Notes: generated from the letters alone by a model not told the origin. A DNA stretch of 64,000 nt from an uncultured Candidatus Saccharibacteria bacterium (GCA_964613715.1 CAZTJK010000001.1:9990-73989), one strand, 5' to 3'. Positions 39,965 to 50,108 are shown, numbered from the stretch's first letter. Numbers and translations: made by a program.

Positions 39965-40462
39965 TTATCTTATCGTTTTCGTTTCTGCCCGAGGCGACGC
40001 TCGGCGCTCTGTCCGCTTGTCGAGCTGGTCGAGAATCTTCAGGATCTTTTCATTCTGATTTTCCAGATGAATCAAAATGGTGTCAATTTCCTTCTCGGCA
40101 ATGAGATTCAGCTCGAAATCCGCCTGAGCCCGGGTCTCGGAATGCTCGCCCTGCAGATTCTGCCCGATCATCACGATCGGCATGAGAAAAAGCTGCATCA
40201 TGTTCGAAATGAAAAGCCAGAGGACGAATGCCGGGAACGGATCGAAACGCAAACCTGCAGGCATCACCACATTCCAGCCGAGCCAGAATACCGTCCAAAT
40301 GACGAGGAGATAGAAGAATCCCATCGTGCCGACTTTCTCAGTGATCCACGCAGCGATCTTTTCAGTTTTCGTCAAATGCTCCTTTTGAAGGATGTACATG
40401 TTGCGCACCGACGGGCGCATGCGCCTCAATTCGTCGCGCGATAACGGTTCTTCTGGCTTCAT
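39965..40462 (-). CDS. DUF1003 membrane protein
   Basis: FDPFPAF, PIVMIGQN, DFELNLIAEKEI. Confidence 0.8.
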   Translation of the reverse strand: MKPEEPLSRDELRRMRPSVRNMYILQKEHLTKTEKIAAWITEKVGTMGFFYLLVIWTVFWLGWNVVMPAGLRFDPFPAFVLWLFISNMMQLFLMPIVMIGQNLQGEHSETRAQADFELNLIAEKEIDTILIHLENQNEKILKILDQLDKRTERRASPRAETKTIR

Positions 40463-40529
40463 ATGGTCCGATTTTATCATACGCGCCTCGACAATAAAAG
40501 CCGCTTTTGAGATAATAGGCGGACAAACC

Positions 40530-41771
40530 ATGAAAGAGCATATCCATCGGCATAAGGCAGCGGGCATTATCGGCATCATCGTACTTGCGGCATTCTTCGG
40601 CGGTCTGTATCTTGGCAAGACAGTCCGGGCAGATTCGTCAGGAGAGCCGCTTGGCCTGCAAAGCTCATCCCAGGCGCTTTCAGTTGCCTCATCGAGTATC
40701 AATCTCGATCCGTTTTGGGCTGTCTGGAAAATTCTCGATTCGCGCTTCGTCATGACCCATAAGAATCAGAAGGCGGTCACCAATCAGGATAAAATATGGG
40801 GTGCCATCGAAGGCCTCACCGCCGCATACGGAGATCCATATACCGTATTCATGCCGCCAGCAGAAAGCACTGATTTCAAGACCAATATCAGCGGCGATTT
40901 CGAAGGCGTCGGCATGGAGCTTGCTATCAAGGATAATGCCATCGTCGTGGTCGCGCCGCTCAAAAATACGCCGGCATATAATGCAGGCATCAAGACAGGC
41001 GACATGCTGCTCTCTATCGACGGCAAAACTGCCGCTGGCATGTCCGTCGACAGCGCTGTGGGGCTCATCCGCGGCAAGGCAGGCACGGTTGTTGATCTCA
41101 AGTTCCTGCGCAACAACGTATCTGATCCGCTCGAGTTCAAAGTAACCCGCAGCGTCATTAATATCCCGACGCTCGAAACGAGCACAAAAGGCGATGTATT
41201 CATCATGCGCTTGTACAACTTCTATGCGCCGTCGGCTGATCAGTTCCGCATGGGCCTGCGCGAATTCGCCGAGTCAAACAAGCATAAGCTCATTCTCGAC
41301 CTGCGCGGCAACCCAGGCGGCTATCTCGATGCGGCCGTCGACATGGCAAGCTGGTTTTTGCCGATGGGGGAGGTCGTCGTGCGCGAGAATTTCGGTCCCA
41401 ATGTCGATGAAGATGTACATCGCAGCAAGGGGTATGACGTATTCAATAAAAGCTTGCATATGATGATTTTAGTCAATCAAGGATCTGCTTCTGCTGCAGA
41501 GATCCTCTCCGGCGCGCTCCAGGAGCATGGTATTGCAAAGCTTGTCGGCACGCGGACATTCGGCAAAGGATCCGTCCAAGAGCTCTTACCGATTACTTCA
41601 GACACCTCGCTTAAGATCACGATCGCGCGCTGGCTGACCCCAAATGGAATCTCCATTTCAGAAAACGGTCTGACGCCGGATTACAATGTCGAGATCACCG
41701 ATGCTGATTTCAAGGCCGGCAAGGACCCGCAGCTCGATAAGGCGATGCAATTGCTCGATCAACAGCCCTAA
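40530..41771 (+). CDS. S41 family C-terminal processing protease (CtpA-like)
   Basis: DPYT, PDZ domain, DLRGNPGG, SASAAEI, FGKGSVQ. Confidence 0.93.
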   Translation: MKEHIHRHKAAGIIGIIVLAAFFGGLYLGKTVRADSSGEPLGLQSSSQALSVASSSINLDPFWAVWKILDSRFVMTHKNQKAVTNQDKIWGAIEGLTAAYGDPYTVFMPPAESTDFKTNISGDFEGVGMELAIKDNAIVVVAPLKNTPAYNAGIKTGDMLLSIDGKTAAGMSVDSAVGLIRGKAGTVVDLKFLRNNVSDPLEFKVTRSVINIPTLETSTKGDVFIMRLYNFYAPSADQFRMGLREFAESNKHKLILDLRGNPGGYLDAAVDMASWFLPMGEVVVRENFGPNVDEDVHRSKGYDVFNKSLHMMILVNQGSASAAEILSGALQEHGIAKLVGTRTFGKGSVQELLPITSDTSLKITIARWLTPNGISISENGLTPDYNVEITDADFKAGKDPQLDKAMQLLDQQP

Positions 41772-41783
41772 CCAAACACAATT

Positions 41784-42233
41784 ATGAAAATCATTCTTCT
41801 CAAGGACGCAAAGAAAATCGGCAGGAAATATGAGATCAAGGATGTCGCAGACGGCTATGCGATCAATTCGCTCATTCCGCAGGGTATCGCTGTGCCGGCA
41901 ACCGCAAGCTATGTGAAGCTGATCGAGGCAAAGAAAAAGCAGGACCTCATCATGCAGGAAGAATTCAAGAAAGCATTCGAATTCGGCGTAAGCAAGCTCA
42001 AAGGTGGTAAGCTGCATGTCAGTGGCAAAGCAAGCGAAAAAGGGCATCTCTTCGCGAGCATCACCAAGGATCGGATCATTGAGGAATTCAAGAAAGAAAC
42101 CGGGATCGTGCTCGACTCGGAACATTTCGAGCTTGAGAAGCCGATCAAGGAAGTTGGGGAGCATGTAGTGCCCGTTTCGATCACCGGAACGAAATACAAA
42201 CTCATTATTTTCGTACAGCCGGAAGGGAAATAA
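41784..42233 (+). CDS. rplI: 50S ribosomal protein L9
   Basis: MKIILLKD, VADGYAINSLIP, LFASIT, PIKEVG. Confidence 0.92.
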   Translation: MKIILLKDAKKIGRKYEIKDVADGYAINSLIPQGIAVPATASYVKLIEAKKKQDLIMQEEFKKAFEFGVSKLKGGKLHVSGKASEKGHLFASITKDRIIEEFKKETGIVLDSEHFELEKPIKEVGEHVVPVSITGTKYKLIIFVQPEGK

Positions 42234-42261
42234 AAAAATCCCCCGATCGGGGGATTTTTTT
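42233..42261. terminator. bidirectional terminator
   Basis: AAAAAATCCCCCGATCGGGGGATTTTTTT. Confidence 0.8.
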
Positions 42262-42532
42262 ATTTGATGTTGACGATATTGCGTCGAGTCATCGTCGAAT
42301 CGAAATTATTCTTTCGCTTCGTTCTGAATTCGACGATACCATCCTTGAGAGCAAAGAGAGTGTGATCCTTTCCTTTGCCGACGCCCGCGCCTGCGAGCGT
42401 ATCAGTGCCTTTTTGGCGGAGGATGATCTGGCCTGTGCGGATAGCCTGACCATCGTTCACCTTCACGCCAAGGTATCGCGGATTCGAATCTCGGCCGTTT
42501 TTAGATGAGCCTGCTGCCTTTTTATGTGCCAT
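42260..42532 (-). CDS. rpmA: 50S ribosomal protein L27
   Basis: [24 protein letters not shown]. Confidence 0.96.
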   Translation of the reverse strand: MAHKKAAGSSKNGRDSNPRYLGVKVNDGQAIRTGQIILRQKGTDTLAGAGVGKGKDHTLFALKDGIVEFRTKRKNNFDSTMTRRNIVNIK

Positions 42533-42565
42533 GGGATTGGGTTATTACGTGCTATAATCAGCCGA

Positions 42566-42997
42566 ATGAGTATAAAAGATTTTGGCCGAAAAATCAAGCC
42601 TCTGATAGGCAAGCTCACTGCTCGGATACGAAACCTCAAAGCTACCCCCGATATCCAGGATGATATCTCGATCGTTGTCCTCATCATCCTTGTGGGCCTG
42701 TCCTCCTTCGGCCTTGGCAGGCTTTCCAGCCTGGAAAAAGAGCAGCCGCCGATCGTCGTGGAAAAAACCGCCACAGCAGCTCTGGCAGGGGATACTACCC
42801 CAATGATAACCCGAGTAGGGGGAGCTCCGAACCAAAAAGGCCTCGTATTCGCTTCAAAATCAGGCACAAAATACTACTATCCCTGGTGTTCGGGGGCTGC
42901 CCGGGTCAAGGAAGAGAATAGGAAATGGTTCCCGAGCGTAGCACTCGCCAAAGCAGCAGGCCTGACCCCAGCAGCCAATTGTCCTGGGCTAGAATAA
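42566..42997 (+). CDS. membrane-anchored protein with Ada-type metal-binding-like C-terminus
   Basis: TM ending SFGLGRLS; ASKSGTKYYYPWC..AGLTPAANC. Confidence 0.65.
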   Translation: MSIKDFGRKIKPLIGKLTARIRNLKATPDIQDDISIVVLIILVGLSSFGLGRLSSLEKEQPPIVVEKTATAALAGDTTPMITRVGGAPNQKGLVFASKSGTKYYYPWCSGAARVKEENRKWFPSVALAKAAGLTPAANCPGLE

Positions 42998-43065
42998 GTA
43001 TTATCAAATTTTCTATCTTATGGCTCTATAGAGCCATATTATTCGTATCAGGACCTGCTAGACTA

Positions 43066-43094
43066 TTGACATAAATAATTTACTATGCTATCAT
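43066..43094 (+). promoter_or_regulatory. sigma70-type promoter
   Basis: TTGACA-17-TATCAT. Confidence 0.65.
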
Positions 43095-43125
43095 AGTATC
43101 AAATCCGTTTCGACGGGTTTTTATT

Positions 43126-43599
43126 ATGATAGAAATCATCACCACATCAATCTTCGTTTTTTCATCGATTTACAGCGCTCCGGTAACGGACGGGACTGAT
43201 ACTACGCCAATTGTGCCTCAGGTCCTTGCACCAAAGGCAGCAACGACCACTGCAGACATTCCGACAAACAAGGGAATTGAGGAGCAGGTTCGCAATTACT
43301 TCAAGGATGAACCGATCCTTGCGGACATTGCCCGCTGCGAATCAACCTTCCGTCAGTATGATGAGAATGGCAATATTCTTCGTGGCACAGTCAACAAGGG
43401 CGATATCGGCGTCATGCAGATCAACAAGTATTATCATGCCGATAAGGCGAAAAGCCTCGGCTATGACCTTGAGACGGTCGAAGGCAATATGGCCTATGCT
43501 CGATACCTCTACAACAAGGAAGGCGGCCAGCCATGGATCTCGTCATCGAAATGCTGGAGCAAGAGTACTGCTTCGTCAAATCAAGTAGCGATGAAGTAA
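43126..43599 (+). CDS. secreted lysozyme-like/SLT transglycosylase
   Basis: IARCES, GVMQIN, GNMAYA, PW..S..CW. Confidence 0.75.
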   Translation: MIEIITTSIFVFSSIYSAPVTDGTDTTPIVPQVLAPKAATTTADIPTNKGIEEQVRNYFKDEPILADIARCESTFRQYDENGNILRGTVNKGDIGVMQINKYYHADKAKSLGYDLETVEGNMAYARYLYNKEGGQPWISSSKCWSKSTASSNQVAMK

Positions 43600-43626
43600 C
43601 AAAAGCCCGCACAAGCGGGCTTTTGT
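43599..43626 (+). terminator. intrinsic terminator
   Basis: ACAAAAGCCCGC-ACAA-GCGGGCTTTTGT. Confidence 0.8.
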
Positions 43627-43663
43627 TTTGTGTAAAGACATGAGGGAATAGTGGTGTTTGAAA

Positions 43664-43707
43664 TAGTATATATGTCGCACAATATATCTTTGCGACACTA
43701 TATACTA
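43664..43707. repeat. 44-bp imperfect palindrome (dif-like site or operator)
   Basis: TAGTATATA-TGTCGCA-N11-TGCGACA-C-TATATACTA. Confidence 0.6.
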
Positions 43708-43775
43708 GAGGATTCTAGCCATTCTTGAAAGACAAGACTTTCCTTGTCATGGCAAGCTTTTGGTATAATTATGCT

Positions 43776-43889
43776 ATGAAAAAGGTCAAAGTCACGCGCA
43801 GCGCAGTCAGCGGAAAATTCGTCACAAACAAATACGCGAAGCGCAAACCGAAAGTTACCGTCCGCGAGACGGTGCGCAAAAGAAAATAA
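43776..43889 (+). CDS. 37-aa basic protein MKKVKVTRSAVSGKFVTNKYAKRKPKVTVRETVRKRK
   Basis: TATAAT 6 nt upstream; RSAxxGxFV..YA..P.T.V.E pattern resembles a small conserved family (from memory). Confidence 0.7.
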   Translation: MKKVKVTRSAVSGKFVTNKYAKRKPKVTVRETVRKRK

Positions 43890-43924
43890 CCGCTGAATTC
43901 TCCCCCTCCTATAGATACCGAACT

Positions 43925-44173
43925 TTAGTTGCTCGGTATATTGTTCACGCCCGCCTGAAAGAGGCTAACGGCCAAATGCCAAAGATAAATGATCGGCGCG
44001 GAGATCCATGACCAGATCGTCAAAAGAATGTTCCAAAGCCACTGAAGGTTTGTCTGCACGGTACCGGAGCTGATGATGTTATTAATATTGAAGCCGAAAT
44101 AACCGAGCACGATGAGAATGATAATGATAATCAATATTTCCTTGATGAATCCTTTTTGATAGTTTGATCGCAT
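43925..44173 (-). CDS. small membrane protein with prepilin-like N-terminus
   Basis: QKG-FIKEILIIIII; Trp-rich amphipathic tail. Confidence 0.65.
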   Translation of the reverse strand: MRSNYQKGFIKEILIIIIILIVLGYFGFNINNIISSGTVQTNLQWLWNILLTIWSWISAPIIYLWHLAVSLFQAGVNNIPSN

Positions 44174-44210
44174 ATGTTTTTAATTAATCTTGTTGCAAGT
44201 ATACCATAAA

Positions 44211-45476
44211 CTACAAATATTGCAGTGGGTCAAGATAGGCCTGAAGATCGGCAACCGGTACCGTATAGGTGCCATTGCAGACCCGGCTCTTCAGGCTCAG
44301 GATGCGGGTTCCTTGGCTGACATAGACGCCGAAATGAAGGTGTGGGCCGGTCGTAAAGCCCGTCAGGCCGGTATAGCCGATGATATCCCCTGTTGATACC
44401 GTGTCCCCTGCCCGCACCTTTATCAGGGAAAGGTGGGCATAAATAGTAGAAAGGCCGTTTCCATGCTGAATGAAAATCCAACGGCCGAATGATGCGCCCG
44501 GGCATACGGTATCAGTATCGCCAGTGCCAAGGATGGTACCGGAAAGCGCAGCTTTCACGGGCGTGCCGATCGGCGCCCCAAAATCGACACCATTATGACC
44601 CTTGCCATTGTAGGCATTCGTCGTTTTCGAGAAATCAGTCACACCGAATTTCTGGGTGATCTTGATCACGTCAAGCGGCCAGTGCAGGATGCCGGCATGA
44701 TATGCCGGATAGCTATTCGGATCGATGGCAAACTTGAGCTGCGACTGGAAATCCACGAGCTCATTGTCGAGCGCGAGGCTAAGGGCTTTTTTCTGCGCGA
44801 GGATTTTCTCGTAATTGGACTGCTTGTTCTTGGTATCGGCGAGCAATTTCTGCTTTTCTTTCTTCGACAGTTCGAGGACTGTTTTCTGGTCCTCGAGGCT
44901 TGCCTTGAGAGACATGAGCTCCTTGCGCTTTGCTTCAGTCGCTTTTTTATTGGTCTCGAGACGTGTCTTGGTATCTTTCGTTTCTTCGGTCTTCTGGCGG
45001 ATTTGATTTTCGACCTGGGAGATGGTTTCGATCTGATTCCAAAAATCGGAAATGCTGCGATATTTGAGCAGGTTCTCGACGAGGCTCACGGTATCGGTGC
45101 GATTGAGTTCGGCGATAAGCCCGGCAAGCGCTCGGTCATTTGCATCGATGAGCGCGATATTCTGATCGATCTGATTGGAAAGATCCTCGATCTGAAGTTC
45201 TGCCGCTTGGATCTTATTTTCAGTCAATTTGATATTCAGGGTATTTTTTTGAATAGTCACATCAAGCACTTTGAGCGCCACAGAAAGGCTGGTGGCCTGG
45301 CTCGAGACATCGGCAATCTGCGCCTCATAGCTTGCGATTTCCTTTTCAAGCGCCTCCTTTTGGGCGGTCGTGTCAGCTATTTTTGCCTGCAGATCATCGA
45401 TAGTCGATGCAATGGCGGTCGGGATATTTGCAAGCAGGAGGAAACCGGCAACGATACTGACCGATTTAGAGTACAT
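44211..45476 (-). CDS. coiled-coil M23 peptidase (EnvC/MepM-like)
   Basis: signal peptide, coiled coil, HNGVD, YAHLS, GPHLH. Confidence 0.88.
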   Translation of the reverse strand: MYSKSVSIVAGFLLLANIPTAIASTIDDLQAKIADTTAQKEALEKEIASYEAQIADVSSQATSLSVALKVLDVTIQKNTLNIKLTENKIQAAELQIEDLSNQIDQNIALIDANDRALAGLIAELNRTDTVSLVENLLKYRSISDFWNQIETISQVENQIRQKTEETKDTKTRLETNKKATEAKRKELMSLKASLEDQKTVLELSKKEKQKLLADTKNKQSNYEKILAQKKALSLALDNELVDFQSQLKFAIDPNSYPAYHAGILHWPLDVIKITQKFGVTDFSKTTNAYNGKGHNGVDFGAPIGTPVKAALSGTILGTGDTDTVCPGASFGRWIFIQHGNGLSTIYAHLSLIKVRAGDTVSTGDIIGYTGLTGFTTGPHLHFGVYVSQGTRILSLKSRVCNGTYTVPVADLQAYLDPLQYL

Positions 45477-46806
45477 GAATGGCTCCTGTTATTCTCGCAA
45501 GCGATTCCTCTTTGCCGAATATGGAAAGCAGGGTGAATGGATCCGGTGACTTTTCCTTTCCGGAAAGGGCTACGCGCAGCGGCCAGAGCACATTTCCCTT
45601 TCCTTTCTCTTCGGCAAGCGGCATGAGCAAGCCTTTCAGCGATTCAGGATTAAAATCAGTCAGGGTTGAAAGCATGTCGGATATAGCACGAAGATTCGCC
45701 TGTGCCTCTGCTTTGGTGCCTCCTTTTTTCCATACGAGCATTTCCGGAGCAAGAGTTGGCCGGAGAGCGAAATAATCAAGCTCACCGAGTGCAAGCATGC
45801 TATCGATGTCGGACCAGACCTGGATGCGATCAAGGACGATCGGCGCCAGCTTTTCGAGCATTCCCCTATCGGAAATCTTGGATGCGATTCTCTTCCCTAT
45901 CTCATGCTGGACCGTTTTGGGCGGAAGACGCTTCATGTATTCCTTGTTATACCAGAGCAGCTTCTCTTTATTGAAAATGGCGCCGGCTTTCTGCACTTTC
46001 ATAATATCGAACCGATCGATGATCTCCGCTATAGAAAAAATTTCCTCGGTGCCGCCGGGATTCCAGCCAAGGAATGCGAGATAATTGACCATAGCTTCTG
46101 GCAAGTAGCCGTGTTCCCGATAATATTTAAGGGATACGAGCTCGCCTTCCTTGCGCTTGGATAGCTTAGACCGGTCGGCGTTCAAGATAAATGGCATATG
46201 GGCATAGACCGGCCGCGGCGCACCGATTGCTTCCTGGATGAGGATCTGCCGCGGCGTATTGTAAATGCCGTCTTCGCCGCGAATGATATGATTGACCCCC
46301 ATTTCGAAATCGTCGATAACGACGGCAAGATGATAGATCGGCTCGTCGAGGGATTTTGCAATCACGAAATCACCGAGCTCTGCGGTATCAACCGTTACTT
46401 CGCCGCGGATCATATCTGTAAAGGTGACTTTTTTGCCTGGGTTTTTCAGACGAATAACCTCGCTGCGCTGGCCTTCTTCCTTCGCTTCCTCTTTCGAGAT
46501 ATAGGCTTTGCCGCTTGCGATAAGCTCTTCAAGATATTTCCGGTATGTGGCCGCATGTTCGGACTGCTTGTAGACATGGGCAAAATCAAGCTTAAGACCA
46601 AGCCACTCTAAGCCTTCGACGATATCATCGGCATATTCTTGTTTTGAGCGCTCGCGATCAGTATCTTCAAGACGAAAGAGAAGCTTGCCGCCATTCTTCT
46701 TCACGAAAAAATAATTAAAAAGTGCGGTGCGGGCATTACCGATATGAAACCATCCCGTCGGCGACGGCGGAAAACGCGCAATGATGCTGTTGGTATTATT
46801 GCTCAT
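45466..46806 (-). CDS. gltX: glutamate--tRNA ligase
   Basis: RFPPSPTG..HIGN, RLEDTD, KLSKR. Confidence 0.95.
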   Translation of the reverse strand: MSNNTNSIIARFPPSPTGWFHIGNARTALFNYFFVKKNGGKLLFRLEDTDRERSKQEYADDIVEGLEWLGLKLDFAHVYKQSEHAATYRKYLEELIASGKAYISKEEAKEEGQRSEVIRLKNPGKKVTFTDMIRGEVTVDTAELGDFVIAKSLDEPIYHLAVVIDDFEMGVNHIIRGEDGIYNTPRQILIQEAIGAPRPVYAHMPFILNADRSKLSKRKEGELVSLKYYREHGYLPEAMVNYLAFLGWNPGGTEEIFSIAEIIDRFDIMKVQKAGAIFNKEKLLWYNKEYMKRLPPKTVQHEIGKRIASKISDRGMLEKLAPIVLDRIQVWSDIDSMLALGELDYFALRPTLAPEMLVWKKGGTKAEAQANLRAISDMLSTLTDFNPESLKGLLMPLAEEKGKGNVLWPLRVALSGKEKSPDPFTLLSIFGKEESLARITGAIHVL

Positions 46807-47926
46807 GTTCGAGGCCAAGATGCAGGATCTCCTTCGCGATGACACGCGCAGCATCCGGCTTTACAAAGCGCTTAGCGCCATCGGACATTTTTGCGGCAAT
46901 ATTCGGATTATCGGTGATCCTTGTAATCTCGGAGAGAAGAATGTTCGGCGAAAGATTTGATTCTTCAATAACGATTGCCGCGCCGGATTCGGCATACGCA
47001 TAGGCATTCTGCCGTTGGTGGTCGCCATTCGTATCCGTAATCGGCACAATAATGCTCGGGATACCCCAGTATGCAATCTCAAATATGGTAGAACCGGCGC
47101 GGGAAATGACGAGATCCGCGGCGCCTGCAGCCATGCTCATATTGAGGCTGTCGAGATAGTCAAATGGGCGGTAGCGGAAGCGGTGCACATTGTCGCCAAG
47201 GACGATATTGGCAGCACCGATAGCTTCTGCCATATTGTTTTTTCCGATCTGGTGAATGACATAATATTTTTCGACAAGCTGCGGCAAGATGCTCTGGAGC
47301 GTTTCGTTCAAGAGCTTTGCACCAAGTGATCCTCCGAGAATGAGCAGTACGGGCAATGATTCAGTCAGATTCAGGAATTGACGCGCGGCGTCTTTCCGCT
47401 GCGGCATGGCAATATCAGCTCGGACAGGATTGCCAGTCACGGCGACTTTCTTGGCATCGAAAAAGCGCGCCGCATTCGGATACGATACGGCAATGCGTTT
47501 GGCGAACTTCCCTGCCCATACATTCGTGCGTCCCGGCGCGGAATCAGATTCATGGATGAATACAGGAATTTTCAAAAACCGTGCCGCAAAAAGAACCGGG
47601 AAACTAGTATACGCCCCTTTGCTGAACACCACATCAGGATAGATGCGGAACAATCTCACGAAAGCGACGAGGATGCCTGAAATGGTCTTGAATATGTCGA
47701 AAATATTGAGAAGCGAAAAATAGCGGCGCGCTTTCCCGGCAGGTATCCCGATGAACTGTATATTGTTCTCGAGCAGCATCGCGGCATCATGGGGCGCATC
47801 TGACATATAGAAAAGCTCGACCGGAAGCAGCTTTTCCTCTTTGACTATCTTATTGATTTCTTCCGCGACCGCGATAAGGGGGTAAAAATGACCGCCGGAG
47901 CCGCCGCCCGTTAAAAGTATTTTCAT
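46796..47926 (-). CDS. murG: MurG glycosyltransferase
   Basis: GGGSGGHFYP, TGNPVR, GGSLGA, HQRQNA. Confidence 0.95.
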   Translation of the reverse strand: MKILLTGGGSGGHFYPLIAVAEEINKIVKEEKLLPVELFYMSDAPHDAAMLLENNIQFIGIPAGKARRYFSLLNIFDIFKTISGILVAFVRLFRIYPDVVFSKGAYTSFPVLFAARFLKIPVFIHESDSAPGRTNVWAGKFAKRIAVSYPNAARFFDAKKVAVTGNPVRADIAMPQRKDAARQFLNLTESLPVLLILGGSLGAKLLNETLQSILPQLVEKYYVIHQIGKNNMAEAIGAANIVLGDNVHRFRYRPFDYLDSLNMSMAAGAADLVISRAGSTIFEIAYWGIPSIIVPITDTNGDHQRQNAYAYAESGAAIVIEESNLSPNILLSEITRITDNPNIAAKMSDGAKRFVKPDAARVIAKEILHLGLEHEQ

Positions 47927-49026
47927 TGCTTGGTGAATCGTGAAATATTCAGGATAATGCCGATTTCAACGAGCGTCATGAGCATTGCCGTGCCTCCTTG
48001 GCTGAAAAAAGCCAGCGGAATGCCGGAAAAAGGCACGACGCCGAGCGTTGAACCGATATTAATAAAGGACTGTACGCTGATAATTATAACAATTCCAACG
48101 ACGAAAAGTCCACTGAATGCGTCGGGCGCGCGGACAGCGATCCGAAAGCCGCGGAAAATGAAGAATAGGAAGAGGATAATCACGCCGGCAGCGCCGACAA
48201 AGCCGAGCTCCTCGCCGAGCACTGCAAAAATAGAATCGCTGACCGATTCGGGAAGGAATTTGTATTTCTGTATACTTTGTCCGAGCCCGCGGCCGAAAAA
48301 TCCTCCCGAGCCGATGGCGATGAGCGATTGCTGGACCTGGTAGCCGGATGTCAGGGCATTATCCGCCGGATTGAAAAAGGTATGAATGCGCGACATCACG
48401 TATGGTCGCGCAAGCGCAATGACCGCAATGCCGATGATGCCGACAAGCCCCAAAAAAAATACGTGGCGGAACTGTCCGCCGGCGACAAGAAGCATGCCGA
48501 CGCCCGCGGTACACAGAATGAGGAATGAGTCAGTATCAGGCTGGGCGAGCAGGAGAATACCCATGACCCCGAGCATGAGCGTCAGCGGCGCCAAGCCGTG
48601 CCGGAGCGTCGCGGCTTTCTCTTTGACATAAGAAAGCCACGCAGCAAAATAAGCGACGAATGCGATATTCAGGAGCGCGACCGGCTGAAATGAAAGACCG
48701 AAGAGCATGATCCAGCGCCGGGCACCGTTTATCTTGGCGCCGATTCCTGGTAGAAAGACAGCGCACATGAGAAGAAGCGACGCAAGAAACAGGAAAAATG
48801 CGTATTTCTTGAAGAACACATAGCGGACTTTCGAAAGGAAAAAACAGGCCAGCAAGCCGAGCAGAATCCCGAAAAATGCCTGCTTGAAAGCGATCGACCC
48901 GAATGCAGCGCTCGATGATGTGGCAAGGATACCGAGCGATGCCGACACGAATACGGTAAAGCCGATAATGACAAGAGCAATGGTCAGCGAGAGAAATACT
49001 TTGTCGACGCCCCGCTCCTTGCTCAT
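47923..49026 (-). CDS. ftsW: SEDS family protein FtsW
   Basis: NGARRWI, QPD, GYQVQQS, LPESVSDSIF; between mraY and murG. Confidence 0.9.
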   Translation of the reverse strand: MSKERGVDKVFLSLTIALVIIGFTVFVSASLGILATSSSAAFGSIAFKQAFFGILLGLLACFFLSKVRYVFFKKYAFFLFLASLLLMCAVFLPGIGAKINGARRWIMLFGLSFQPVALLNIAFVAYFAAWLSYVKEKAATLRHGLAPLTLMLGVMGILLLAQPDTDSFLILCTAGVGMLLVAGGQFRHVFFLGLVGIIGIAVIALARPYVMSRIHTFFNPADNALTSGYQVQQSLIAIGSGGFFGRGLGQSIQKYKFLPESVSDSIFAVLGEELGFVGAAGVIILFLFFIFRGFRIAVRAPDAFSGLFVVGIVIIISVQSFINIGSTLGVVPFSGIPLAFFSQGGTAMLMTLVEIGIILNISRFTKQ

Positions 49027-49028
49027 AG

Positions 49029-50108
49029 CTAGAATTTAATGAGTGCGAGAATAATGCCGAAAATCGCGCACACAAGGCTCACGATCCAATAGCGCATGGT
49101 TACCTTGTATGCCGGCCAGCCAATCGCCTCGAAATGGTGGTGGATCGGAGCGATGAGGAATATTTTTTTCTTCCGGAATTTTTTCGATACTGATTGCACA
49201 ATAACCGATGCGGTGGTGACGAGAAGCGGCAACGCGATAATCGGCAAGACGGTAATCCCCCGCCCTTTGCCAAGCGCATCAGTCATGAATGCGACGACGG
49301 AAATAGTAAGCGTGATGGCCATACTGCCGGTTTCCGACATATAAAAGCGAGCCGGCGGAATATTGAACCAGAGAAACGCAAGGAGAGAGCCGATGACCAC
49401 CGTACAGAATGCAGCAAGATTTATTTGGTTCTGGAAAAATGCGATGACGGCATATGCGCCGAAAATCGCGGAGAAAACGCCGGCAGACAAGCCATCAATG
49501 CCGTCGATGATACCGCCGGAATAAATAAGCAAGGTTACCAATATGAAAATCGGTATGAACCACATGCCTGCATCAAGCGTCCCAAGAAACGGAATGCTTA
49601 CCGTATGGACCTCAAGCTTGAAATAAAACCAAAGTGCGATCGCACAGGATATGAATGCCACGAGCAAAAGCCTTTTCTTGAGCGATAAGCCTCCCGCATG
49701 ATGATCCCCTGCTCCACGAATCTCCAAGAGATCATCTGCCAGGCCCACGCATGCGCCAAATAAGAGAACAAAGAGTGGAATCCATGTTTGCCCACGAGAG
49801 AGGAAATCAAGCTTGGTGAATGACCCGCCGGCTATATGTCCGAGTATCCAAAATAAGAGTATCGTGACAGACGCAGAAACCCAGATAACAATACCGCCAA
49901 GCCGCGGCGTCGATACTTCCCGCTCGGCATGCAGGCTGTTGAATATCGGGGTCGCAGAACCATCGAGCGCTGCCGATTTCACCTTCTTTTTCCACATTTT
50001 ATGGCGATACAGATAGCCGGCAAGCACGGGGGTGAATGCCATTCCGACGAGAAATGCGATGATCGACGGCAGTATGACCTTGATGAGATTAATATCCATT
50101 CCAAGCAT
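49029..50108 (-). CDS. mraY: phospho-MurNAc-pentapeptide translocase
   Basis: TPRLGG, DD, DGIDGL, APIHHHFE. Confidence 0.92.
   Translation of the reverse strand: MLGMDINLIKVILPSIIAFLVGMAFTPVLAGYLYRHKMWKKKVKSAALDGSATPIFNSLHAEREVSTPRLGGIVIWVSASVTILLFWILGHIAGGSFTKLDFLSRGQTWIPLFVLLFGACVGLADDLLEIRGAGDHHAGGLSLKKRLLLVAFISCAIALWFYFKLEVHTVSIPFLGTLDAGMWFIPIFILVTLLIYSGGIIDGIDGLSAGVFSAIFGAYAVIAFFQNQINLAAFCTVVIGSLLAFLWFNIPPARFYMSETGSMAITLTISVVAFMTDALGKGRGITVLPIIALPLLVTTASVIVQSVSKKFRKKKIFLIAPIHHHFEAIGWPAYKVTMRYWIVSLVCAIFGIILALIKF

Noticed and set aside
43019-43041. Perfect palindrome TATGGCTCTATAGAGCCATA
   Set aside because: Most simply a terminator or operator between two genes; no further support for a separate element.
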